Assembly (NCBI GenBank): GCA_964016885.1
Contig: OZ024751.1
Location: 33,728,001 to 33,792,000, forward strand
Origin: Eledone cirrhosa
Taxonomy: Eukaryota
DNA: 64,000 bases
Reading direction: 5' to 3'
The notes beneath the pieces are model-generated. The model saw nothing but the letters and a program-made list of their open reading frames with translations, made no database searches and had not been told where the DNA came from. Positions within the stretch are counted from its first letter, which is position 1. Each line of letters starts with the position of its first letter. The translations under genes and the position numbers were made by a program. This document shows positions 48,567 to 59,766 of this stretch, in pieces.

Positions 48567-51521
48567 ATGTTTTCCGATGTTTCAACAAACTGCTTAGTGA
48601 ACTATGAGAAATATTTATATAAAATAAAATTATCATATGAAAGCCCTTTAATGAACCCTGAAGCCAGAAATAAAAAAAATAATAGTGAAATTGAAGAAGT
48701 TGTACGTGCTGTAATAAATTCAACTCTGACAAATACACAAGTCCCAAACAAGATTCGTACCCTAAATTACTTATTCAATGTTTCAGTTGAAATTTGGAAA
48801 TTGACTTATGATGTTGATTTTTATTTATGTGGGAAAAAATTTGAATGTAAATTTTACATCAAATTAGATATTAATTTTAATAACATGACAGTGAACAATG
48901 TTAATTGCAAAATAAAACCATGTTTCTCCTCCTCTTCATATAGATATTTAGAAAAAGAAGTTCCTCTGGCAGAATTCAGAAATAGAACCTTAAAAAAGCA
49001 ACCTCAAGTGTTTTCTGGTGGACTTGATGCAACATTTGAAGACCATAACTCTATATCTGTTGATAAACCTGGTCCATCCTCTAAGAGTTGTACTGAAAAT
49101 TCTAATCAAAATATTTTAAAAACAACTCCGCAGTTACAATTAAATTGTCAACCTAATTCAACTTTTTCCATATTTAATAATATCCTAAATGACAATAGAG
49201 AGGAATTGAGAGTACAACTGAAGCAAAGTAGAACACAAGTCATCTCCTTGCAGTATTTCACCGAATTAATGAGATTCTTACTCCAAGAAGATTATTCACA
49301 ATTTTGCAAATATACAGAAAATGTTTCTGTTTTAGACCAAGAGAAAAAGATTAAGAATATTTTAGACCAAGAGAAAAAGATTAAGAATATTTTAGACCAA
49401 GAGAAAAAGATTAAGAATATTTTAGACCAAGAGAAAAAGATGAAGAATGTTTTAGAAATAAAGGCAGTTGTAATAAAGAAATTATCATACTGTTCTTTGA
49501 AATTTCGTTTGAGAAACCAAATTAATGGGGCATACTTAAGAATAAACCAGCCTAAGTATTCCGCTAAAAAGAAACGTGATTGGTCTTTCACTAAAAAGAA
49601 ACTTGATTGGTCTAGATGCATATCAAATAGACAAACTCACTTTTGTAACAAAGTCTCTCTTAAGAATAAATTTAGAAAATCGAAGTTGAGAGATGAATAT
49701 CCAGAGACGTTGGTTGTAGCACCAGAGACGTTGGTTGTAGCACCAGAGACGTTGGTTGTAGCACCAGAGACGTTGGTTGTAGCACCAGAGACGTTGGTTG
49801 TAGCACCAGAGACGTTGGTTGTAGCAGCAAGTACGAATTTGACTAAAGATGGTCCAGAAACATTCAAACAACAATATCCAATAGCCTGTAAGGATGGTCC
49901 AGAGACATTCAAAGAAGTAGATCCACAGAACCAGAGAAAGGTTCGTCCACGACACATGAGAGATGTTAGTTTAGAGAGGAAACTACTACATCCAAACAAC
50001 TGGGGAAAATTTGATCCAATGAATTTAGAGGATGACCCAGTAGTGTTGAAACTAGCAGATCCAGAGAACTGGCACAAGTTTGATCCAATTAATTTTAGAG
50101 AGGATGGTCCAAAGATATTGAAATTGTTAAATCCCACTATCTGGGAAAAGGTTGATCCAATGATATATAGAAAGAATGTAAAAAAACCGACCTGGAAAAG
50201 GTTTGTGCCCATGAACTTTGATCATTATTTACCACACCTCTCTGATAATAGAAAGAACTTAAAGGATGATCCAGAGACGATGAAACTACTACATCCAGGA
50301 AACTGGGAGAGATTTACACCATGGAACTTGGGTAAGTATTGTTCAGTGGTGATGAAACTAGTAGGTCCAAAGAACTGGGAAAATTTTGATCCGATTAACC
50401 TGAGCAAGGGTGGTCCAGTGATATGGAAACTGGTAGATACCACGATCTGGGAAAAGTTTGTGGAGATAAGACAAAATCCACAATTCAAGGACTGTGTCAA
50501 AGTTATTAATGTACGAGATATTCATAAGATATTAAAATCAAAAGGCAGATGTACAAAAACTCAGAATCGGAGATCAAAAGGCAAATGTACAAAAACTCAG
50601 AATCGGAGATCAAAAGGCAAATGTACAACAACTCGGAATCGGAGATTAAAAGGCAAATGTACAACTCGGAATCGGAGATTAAAAGGCAAATGTACAACTC
50701 AGAATCAGAGATCAAAAGGCAAATGTACAAAAACTCAGAATCAGAGATCAAAAGGAAAATGTACTGATGCTCAGATTCAAACACTCGGACCAAATGACAA
50801 ATGTAATCAGACTGATGAACTCCCACCAAATGGCATATGTATGGATTTAGGGGATGGCCCAGGGACGTTGAAACTAGTAGATCCCCAAAACTCTAAGGAG
50901 TTTGATCTAGAGAAAAGGCAAGATCCAAAATTTGAGGGCTGTGTCAAAATTGTTAGTTTACGAGATGTCATAGGTGATACTAAAGGTCAGATAGTGAGGT
51001 CAAATGACAGATGTACAGATGGTACTGAAAATCAGACATCCAAATCAGATGACAGATGTACTAATACTCTGGGTCAGATAGTGAGATCAAATGACAAATT
51101 TACTCAGACAGATGGCTTAGGTACAGAAGATACTCAGGATGAGATACTCAGATCAGATGACATATATACATATCAACCTTTGAATGAGATAATCAGATCA
51201 TTTGACATATGTTCAGATGATATTTTGGCTGAAGCAATGTGTTCATATGAACCTCTCGATGAATCACATGATATTGCTGATGAGACATTCAGATCAGATG
51301 ATATTCCTGAGGACGATGACATAGGTACAGATGATATTCCTGATGAGGCACTCCTATCACATCACATGTGTACAGATGAACTTCTGGATGAGACACTCAG
51401 ATCAGATGATACTCTGGATCAGATATTGAGATCAAATGACAGATACACAGTTCAAATTCAAGAAATGCAGGAAGACCTTAAACTTCAAACTTTGGCTGAA
51501 TTATCTCCAGAATCAAATTGA
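48567..51521 (+). CDS. Uncharacterised 984-aa intronless, repeat-rich protein
   Basis: 2955-nt ORF in AT-rich DNA with an in-frame upstream TAA at 48549. All internal repeat units are multiples of 3. Candidate acceptor ttttccag ends at 48503; AATAAA at 51693 and 51720. No family recognised. Confidence 0.85.
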   Translation: MFSDVSTNCLVNYEKYLYKIKLSYESPLMNPEARNKKNNSEIEEVVRAVINSTLTNTQVPNKIRTLNYLFNVSVEIWKLTYDVDFYLCGKKFECKFYIKLDINFNNMTVNNVNCKIKPCFSSSSYRYLEKEVPLAEFRNRTLKKQPQVFSGGLDATFEDHNSISVDKPGPSSKSCTENSNQNILKTTPQLQLNCQPNSTFSIFNNILNDNREELRVQLKQSRTQVISLQYFTELMRFLLQEDYSQFCKYTENVSVLDQEKKIKNILDQEKKIKNILDQEKKIKNILDQEKKMKNVLEIKAVVIKKLSYCSLKFRLRNQINGAYLRINQPKYSAKKKRDWSFTKKKLDWSRCISNRQTHFCNKVSLKNKFRKSKLRDEYPETLVVAPETLVVAPETLVVAPETLVVAPETLVVAPETLVVAASTNLTKDGPETFKQQYPIACKDGPETFKEVDPQNQRKVRPRHMRDVSLERKLLHPNNWGKFDPMNLEDDPVVLKLADPENWHKFDPINFREDGPKILKLLNPTIWEKVDPMIYRKNVKKPTWKRFVPMNFDHYLPHLSDNRKNLKDDPETMKLLHPGNWERFTPWNLGKYCSVVMKLVGPKNWENFDPINLSKGGPVIWKLVDTTIWEKFVEIRQNPQFKDCVKVINVRDIHKILKSKGRCTKTQNRRSKGKCTKTQNRRSKGKCTTTRNRRLKGKCTTRNRRLKGKCTTQNQRSKGKCTKTQNQRSKGKCTDAQIQTLGPNDKCNQTDELPPNGICMDLGDGPGTLKLVDPQNSKEFDLEKRQDPKFEGCVKIVSLRDVIGDTKGQIVRSNDRCTDGTENQTSKSDDRCTNTLGQIVRSNDKFTQTDGLGTEDTQDEILRSDDIYTYQPLNEIIRSFDICSDDILAEAMCSYEPLDESHDIADETFRSDDIPEDDDIGTDDIPDEALLSHHMCTDELLDETLRSDDTLDQILRSNDRYTVQIQEMQEDLKLQTLAELSPESN

Positions 51522-51860
51522 TTTGATTGCAACAGAAGTTGCTGCTGTTATGTTTTCTAACCTTTTGTTTTTGTCTGAAATTCTTTGACTAACAACAATA
51601 TTTTAGACAAAATAATTCTGATTTGGAAAGTTTTCTCTGAAAGATGTTTTTATTACTGGGTATTATTTTTTGTAAACAAGGAACTGTATTTTAATAAATC
51701 TGATGGAAAAGTTTATTATAATAAAAAAAAATGTTTGTCAAACTTTTTTTTTAATGTAATCACTTGTAGAGTCATTAGCTATGACCTGAAGGTATGTGGA
51801 AAAATGGAGTTAAATTTCCAGGTAGGCTAAAATTTCTATTTAGATTCAGAGAGCTCTTCA

Positions 51861-53033
51861 GTGTGTGTGTGCTGTACTAGTCAACACTATTTAGTGTGTG
51901 TGCTGTACTAGTCAACACTATTTAGTGTGTGTGCTGTACTAGTCAACACTATTTAGTGTGTGTGCTGTACAAGTCAACACTATTTAGAGTGTGTGCTGTA
52001 CTAGTCAACACTATTTAGTGTGTGTGCTGTACAAGTCAACACTATTTAGTGTGTGTGCTGTACTAGTCAACACTATTTAGTGTGTGTGCTGTACTAGTCA
52101 ACACTATTTAGTGTGTGTGCTGTACTAGTCAACACTATTTAGTGTGTGCTGTACTAGTCAACACTATTTAGTGTGTGCTGTACTAGTCAACACTATTCAG
52201 TGTGTGTGTGCTGTACTAGTCAACACTATTCAGTGTGTGTGTGCTGTACTAGTCAACACTATTCAGTGTGTGTGTGCTGTACTAGTCAACACTATTTAGT
52301 GTGTGTGCGCTGTACTAGTCAACACTATTCAGTGTGTGTGCTGTACTAGTCAACACTATTCAGTGTGTGCGCTGTACTAGTCAACACTATTCAGTGTGTG
52401 CGCTGTACTAGTCAACACTATTCAGTGTGTGCGCTGTACTAGTCAACACTATTCAGTGTGTGCGCTGTACTAGTCAACACTATTCAGTGTGTGCGCTGTA
52501 CTAGTCAACACTATTCAGTGTGTGCGCTGTACTAGTCAACACTATTCAGTGTGTGCGCTGTACTAGTCAACACTATTCAGTGTGTGCGCTGTACTAGTCA
52601 ACACTATTCAGTGTGTGCGCTGTACTAGTCAACACTATTCAGTGTGTGCGCTGTACTAGTCAACACTATTCAGTGTGTGCGCTGTACTAGTCAACACTAT
52701 TCAGTGTGTGCGCTGTACTAGTCAACACTATTCAGTGTGTGCGCTGTACTAGTCAACACTATTCAGTGTGTGCGCTGTACTAGTCAACACTATTCAGTGT
52801 GTGCGCTGTACTAGTCAACACTATATAGTGTGTGCGCTGTACTAGTCAACACTATATAGTGTGTGCGCTGTACTAGTCAACACTATATAGTGTGTGCGCT
52901 GTACTAGTCAACACTATATAGTGTGTGTGCTGTACTAGTCAACACTATATAGTGTGTGTGCTGTACTAGTCAACACTATTTAGTGTGTGTGCTGTACTAG
53001 TCAACACTATTTAGTGTGTATGCTGTACTAGTC
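51861..53033. repeat. 31-bp minisatellite, about 37 copies
   Basis: Unit GTGTGTGCGCTGTACTAGTCAACACTATTCA, with TTTA/TTCA/TATA variant blocks. Confidence 0.97.
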
Positions 53034-53175
53034 TAATATACTATATAGTATGTGTATAGTGTTAGTCAATACTATTACTTAAATTTACTTGTCAACGGAG
53101 TATTCAGTCCACACAGTACCAAGGTATGGCATACATCCATAACTAAGATAACCACCTTCACTTGAATATAAATAT

Positions 53176-54032
53176 CTACACTGGTCCAACTCTACCTACA
53201 CTGGTCCAACTCTACCTATACCGCTTCAACTCTACCTACATTGGTTCAACTCTACCTACACTGGTTCAACTCTACCTACACTGGTCCAACTCTACCTACA
53301 CTGGTCCAACTCTACCTACACTGGTCCAACTCTACCTACACTGGTCCAACTCTACCTACACCGCTTCAACTCTACTTACACCGCTTCAACTCTACCTACA
53401 CCGGTCCAACTCTACCTACACTGGTCCAACTCTACCTACACTGGTCCAACTCTACCTACACCGCTTCAACTCTACCTACACTGGTCCAACTCTACCTACA
53501 CTGGTCCAACTCTACCTACACTGGTCCAACTCTACCTACACTGGTTCAACTCTACCTACACTGGTTCAACTCTACCTACACTGGTTCAACTCTACCTACA
53601 CTGGTCCAACTCTACCTACACTGGTCCAACTCTACCTACACTGGTCCAACTCTACCTACACTGGTCCAACTCTACCTACACTGGTCCAACTCTACCTACA
53701 CTGGTCCAACTCTACCTACACTGGTCCAACTCTACCTACACCGCTTCAACTCTACCTACACTGGTCCAACTCTACCTACACTGGTCCAACCCTACCTACA
53801 CTGGTCCAACTCTACCTACACCGGTTCAACTCTACCTACACTGGTCCAACTCTACCTACACTGGTTCAACTCTACCTACACTGGTTCAACTCTACCTACA
53901 CTGGTTCAACTCTACCTACACTGGTCCAACTCTACCTACACTGGTCCAACTCTACCTATACCGGTCCAACTCTACCTACACCGCTTCAACTCTACCTACA
54001 CTGGTCCAACTCTACCTACACTGGTCCAACTC
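53176..54032. repeat. 20-bp minisatellite, about 42 copies
   Basis: Unit CTACACTGGTCCAACTCTAC, with a CCGCTT variant. Confidence 0.98.
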
Positions 54033-54284
54033 ATTCCATAACCCTACATTGAACATTACACCAGACCCATGCCACACACTATAAAGTGAAAATCTGACAA
54101 GACAGCCACCAACCTGCTTCAATTACTGGTATGTCAGTGATGGATGCCGTATGTAGTTACTATAATATATATATTATATTATATCCTAATATTATAGGAA
54201 TTCTATCTGCCTGAAACTTTGAAGTTTGCAATTATGCCCACAAAATGATTAACTAACAAGTACACTTCTTTTCGTCTGTTATAT

Positions 54285-54445
54285 ATCATCACTTAATGTC
54301 TATCTTCCACGTTAGCATGGGTTAGACTGGTTTGTCCCATTTAGAGGCAAGTTGGGTCAGGTGACTGTCTCCGTCATATAGGACTTTCTGGCTCATTCTA
54401 TACGGCTGGATGCCCTTCCTAATGCCAACCACATTTACAATGTGT
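54285..54445 (-). mobile_element. RTE-tail SINE-like fragment (related copies ~46848-47005 -, ~16350-16415 -, ~43370-43530 +)
   Basis: Shared CATCAT..TTAAcGTC..TTCCAyGyTAGCATGGGTTAGA..CTGGATGyCCTTC pattern. Confidence 0.55.
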
Positions 54446-54568
54446 GCTGGATGCTTTTTTTTTTTTTTTTTTTTTTTTTGGCCGTGTCTCCTACACATCC
54501 ACTTTACAGTGTGGGCTGGATCTTTTGTGGTACCAATATATATATAATTGTGTGTGTATACACATCAC

Positions 54569-54648
54569 CATTTTACGTCCGTTTTCCCCTGCTTGCAAGA
54601 GTATATATATATATACTCTTGCAAGCAGGGAAAAGCGGACGTAAAATG
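54569..54648. repeat. 80-bp fold-back palindrome of the RTE-tail sequence, centred on (TA)n
   Basis: CATTTTACGTCCGTTTTCCCCTGCTTGCAAGAG-(TA)n-CTCTTGCAAGCAGGGAAAAGCGGACGTAAAATG. Confidence 0.93.
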
Positions 54649-55440
54649 ATGTATAACCCATGCCAGAATGGAAAATTATGAAAATTGCAACACGCGTTCT
54701 AGAAGCAAGGTCAGTTTCTCCATTTGTTTAGGTCACCAACCCAACCAGTCTTCAGTATACATATATTGTCCACGGATTTAATTACTAAAAAGTATATATC
54801 TAAAGGATATCATTAATATGTATTATCATTAGTATTATTATTATGAACCAAGAAAAGAACCTCCAGGTAATCACTTGATATGCTAGGATTAGCAACCAAT
54901 TTACACTCAACTGTTTCGAAAGACATGAAAACTTGGATCGCATTAGACATTGTAGAAATATAGATGATTACAAAGAAAAAAGCACAACTATGATTCAGGT
55001 GGATGGGCATGGCTGAAACGGCTTTGATTTCTCAAGGGATATCGGACTAAAGTAGTTAATAATTGAGTATTTCAACTAATTTAATTAGGTGAAAATAAAT
55101 AAATAAAAGGGAAATAACTCTTGCGTAGAAAAGGGAAATAACTGTGTAGAAAATAGACAAGGGAAATAACTTGATACATTTGAATGGGAAATAACTTTGG
55201 TAATATATTTATTAAAGATCTATAAATATCAAATATTCTCTCTGGAAGTGTTTAACTGTGAGGAACATGTAGCACACACATGTTACGTTAAGGAATACTC
55301 AGCCGTTTGCACGTTAATTTCCTGAGAAGAGTGTTCTGTTGATGGAATACATTGTGGGGAACGAAATAACATTCCACCCAGTTCCTTATTTATTCAGATT
55401 AAACGGTGACTGTAGTAGAGTTGACTGACGTGGTATTACT

Positions 55441-55985
55441 GTTAGGCCTATACTATCAATATATAGAGACCACTGCCTATTGTAATACTACAGAATGCTA
55501 GTTAGGCCTACACTATCAATAGAAATCACTACCTGTTACCATAGTACAGTAGTACTACAACACGCCAGTTAGGCCTATACTATCAATATATAGAGACCAC
55601 TACCTGTTACCATAGTAGTTATACTAGAACACGCCAGTTAGGCCTATACTATCAATATATAGAGATCACTGCCTGTTATAATAGTACAGTTATACTAGAA
55701 CACGCCAGTTAGCCCTATACTATCAATGTATAGAGATCACTGCCTGTTATAATAGTACAGTTATACTAGAACACGCCAGTTAGGCCTATACTATCAATAT
55801 ATAGAGATCACTGCCTGTTATAATAGTACAGTTATACTACAACACGCCAGTTAGGCCTATACTATCAATATATAGAGATCACTGCCTGTTATAATAGTAC
55901 AGTTATACTACAACACACCAGTTAGCCCTATACTATCAATATATAGAGATCACTGCCTGTTATAATAGTACAGTTATACTATAGA
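55441..55985. repeat. ~71-bp minisatellite, about 8 copies
   Basis: Unit GTTAGGCCTATACTATCAATATATAGAGATCACTGCCTGTTATAATAGTACAGTTATACTAGAACACGCCA. Confidence 0.95.
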
Positions 55986-56555
55986 AGACTACTAGAGGGG
56001 GAAGGCCAGAGATGTTTCAGGTCGTGGGTGTATATAAATCAATATCACCCAAATATATTTTTATAATTTTCCTCTTAAGATTGTGACGACATTTTAAGAG
56101 TATCGTAATGGGATTAATCTCACACGTCTGTATATGTGTATAAATGTGTTTGTATACTTTTTATACAACCTTATAGTGTGTGTGTGTGAGAGATAGAAGT
56201 ACTCACTCACACAGATACAAACACAGAAAAATGGCTTGCAGAGGTATCTAGGCTGAAGATAAGAGATTGTTCTCTAAAATTTAAGGTTGCTGTTGACATA
56301 TTTCTTATTGTGAGGTGGAGTGGGTCAAATATTGATGGGTTTTCTTCAGGTTATCTGGCCCCTGGATTAATGTACCGACTGAACCCTCTTGAGGTAGGGG
56401 ATATGAGTGGGTATGTGTGTGAGTGCGGTAGTCTGGCTAATGGCAAGAGCTCGGTAAAGGGCAGTAACGTCTACGATGTGTTGGAACTGTAGAATTGACA
56501 ACTTGATATCCGGAGTCGGAGAAACAGTAAATATATACATACATATACACACACA

Positions 56556-56601
<46 letters not shown>

Positions 56602-59078
56602 CTATCAATATTGCCATATATCTCTAATATGCCATTTTTCAGCTGAGGGAGGGGGGGGGGGTAGATGGAGACGATATGCCATGTACAGTGTAGAATAAAG
56701 TTATAAATCTGACTGTTTTGGACTGAGTGTTCTACTACTACGGATATAACACCAGTGTTCTATTATATACACTCACATATATCGATTTATATACTAAATA
56801 CATACACATATGTTGGTTGGGGGTGTACACGTGTATATGTACATGCATACAAATATATATATATATATATTTGTATGCATGTCACCATCATATACACGTA
56901 ATATAAGATAAATGTTAAAGATCTGACATTGTCTGCCATATTGTATGTGATTAATAGATGTAGTTTTATTTCAGTGGATTTACAGCTATGGTAGGTGTAG
57001 GGGGATTTATTGTATGCACACGCACACGTGTGTGTGTGTGTGTGTATATATTTAGCTATGCACGTAGTGTACATGTATATGTTTATGTAAGCAAAATCAA
57101 CCCGGAGTTGATGAATTAGTTTAACGCTTAATATAGTTGGAACGATTCGGACTTTAGTTCTTCACTGGAAAAAATAGAGAAAAGAGAGAACATACACACA
57201 CACTGGAGGGATTGATACTAACCTTAATACACCGAAATTGCAGTGATACCCAGTAGTTAACTGAGGAAAAAAGGATATATATATGTGTGTGTGAGAGAGA
57301 GAGAGAGAGTCCCCGGCAGAATTGTTTTCCTAGAGAACGTGTCGCGAATGGCGGATAGCAATATGTCCACCAGATATAATGGTTAGTTGCGATATAGGTG
57401 GGATCCTGTCGGCTGAAACAGCAGTAAGGGAGCTGGTGCAATGGGTGACTCTGTTAGTTCTCAGGAAAACTCTCACACTCCATTGATGTAGTTGCGACGA
57501 GGCGAGTAAAAGCCTGAGAAAAATACCAAATTGGTGACTGGTGGGAATAAGACCACCACAAACCTACCCGAGCATAGAAAGAGCCTTACAAACTTCTTTT
57601 ATATTGGTTGTCTTACCTTTCTTTCTCGCCTTCTATCACTTATTCTTCCACTTTCCCTAAACTCTCAATCTCTATTGTTTACATATCTTCTATAACTCAA
57701 ATTAGACACTCAACATTCACATTTGCGTCTTTTCTTTTACTTTGCTTTTGTAATTCTATTTCAAGTCCTATTTCTTCAAATTCTCTTAAGCTATTTTTCA
57801 ACCTGGGCAACGCCGGGTATAGTCTTTTAAGAAATAAATAACACATTAAATGATATTAATATTTGAAGTAGAATTAAGGTAGGAATACGTGTTTCTATTT
57901 GATAATTAATTGGATAAAAATTCAAATGGCATTGATAATATATGAACATCAGATTTGTATAATGGATATTTATTGAAGAGGTAAACCTTAGTGGAGTTGA
58001 AAGTGGTCCTTGGGGGATATGTTTAAATCTGGCCAAATCCCGCCCTTCTTTCTTCAGGTGTGCCACAATAAGTTTCCTTTTTCAAGCTTTTCTTTCTAAA
58101 ATAAATTCTGTGCCTTATTTATATGCATTGAGTGCTTAATTATTGTTTTACTGTTTTATGTCTGTTTATAAACTTAATCCACACATGCACACGCACACGC
58201 ACACACACACACCACACACCAAACACCACACACACACACACACACACACAGTTATAGACAACGATATACAAACCCAGACACACGCAGGTATATAAATGTG
58301 TGTGTATTCCCTCTTTATTTGTCCTTGCTATATCTACTCCTTTAACCTTGCCTCCAGCTAACTGACTGATTACAGACAAAGAAATACAGTCATATGTACA
58401 TACACACACACACAGTCGTGTGTATATATACACGCACACGCACACGCACACGCACACACACAGAGAGAGTCATGTAGACACATACATGTATACACACACA
58501 CACCAGTTATACATCTACTTAGGTTCTATAATATCTCTACTTCCACTATTACATACCCCCGCTTCTCACTCTCATATCATCTACACACACGCACATACAC
58601 ATATTTGAGGCTTTAGATATAATGGCTTAAAAGCCGGGAGTGTATATATGTGTATACATGAATGCTTATATATATATATATATATAGACACGTACACATA
58701 AATACACTCTCGGTTTCTAAACTATTATATCCAAAGTCTTTTCTTCTCTACCAACAATCAACTATCTTTTAATAAAACAGCTTAATGATATCATTACAGC
58801 CGAGCCCCATTATTAACGTCTAAGATGGCTGTCTATTGTATAACGTTCGTTTGCTCGCCAAACTATGCAATCCACGAACGGCGTTCATTTTGTTTTTTTC
58901 CAGATGGTTTAATGTTGATTAAAAATTAGTACCCAACAACGAACGACTCACAGAGAAGGACTGACAACTATTACACTATCTCTGTAAATCCACCTGGTCC
59001 TGGCTACCTGATGTACTTTACACACACGCACACACGATAAATAGATAGATACTCATACACATGTATTTATAACTTTTC

Positions 59079-59323
59079 CCTAGATTCCTCTTATCCCTTC
59101 CTCCACCGAGCTGCCATTTAAATTCTCAAGACTTCAGTTCCCTGTTAAAGCCAGTTTTGCTATGACCATAAATAAAGCACAAGGTCAGAGTTTCAAAGTT
59201 GTAGGATTGAATACAAGAGAATCAGTTTTTACTCATGGACGGTGATAAATAGGTTGTTCACGAGTGGGAACACCTAGAAATTTTCATATATTCTGCACGA
59301 ACGGTAAAACAAAGAATCTGGTC
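59079..59323 (+). mobile_element. Helitron Rep/Hel remnant (Pif1-like helicase C-terminus)
   Basis: IPLIPSSTELPFKFSRLQFPVKASFAMTINKAQGQSFKVVGLNTRESVFTHGR**IGCSRVG..NGKTKNLV: Pif1 motifs V/VI with two in-frame stops. Confidence 0.93.
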
Positions 59324-59524
59324 TCTCTCTCTTTTTCTCTCTTTCTCTCTCTCTCCCTCTTTCTCTCTCTCTCTCATCCGATACAGTCGTTTATTTATTT
59401 TCTCCCTTTCCTACTTTTCACTAAGTGGTTACTGGTTCTATCTGTTTGTCTGGTTTATTTTAGTAGTTTAGTTTTTGTGTGTCTCTGTATGTCTTTATGT
59501 TGCCCTTAGTTACTCGTGTTTTCG

Positions 59525-59766
59525 TACAAAGGTGTGACTGCCTCTAGAATAGGAGAAATGATAACAAAAAACACTGGCAAGAACTCCAAGATGCGCAAAA
59601 CTCATCAGTACTCCACCAACATGCCAGAATGGAACATGGAGGCACACTAGAAAACATTGAGATAATAATCGTATCCACACACAGAACCGACACAATGCCC
59701 CGACAAATTACAGAAACGACAAACATAAACGAACTCCAATCCAAATTAAACAGAAAACAACGCTAA
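59525..59766 (+). mobile_element. Penelope-like element GIY-YIG endonuclease remnant
   Basis: YKGVTASRIGEMI/KHWQEL..SSVLHQHARMEH..IEIIIVST..RQITE..I..LQSKLN, one frameshift. Fits the YxGxT..H..H..R..E..LN pattern. Confidence 0.75.

Noticed and set aside
49292-50829. Antisense and alternate-frame ORFs within the 984-aa gene
   Set aside because: Shadows of the in-frame tandem repeats.
53162-54052. 296-aa and 266-aa ORFs
   Set aside because: Read-through of a 20-bp minisatellite, open in multiple frames.
57310-57600. CpG-containing unique segment with possible stems (CTCAGG/CCTGAG)
   Set aside because: No recognisable RNA family or ORF; may be a retroelement 5' UTR but this is unsupported.
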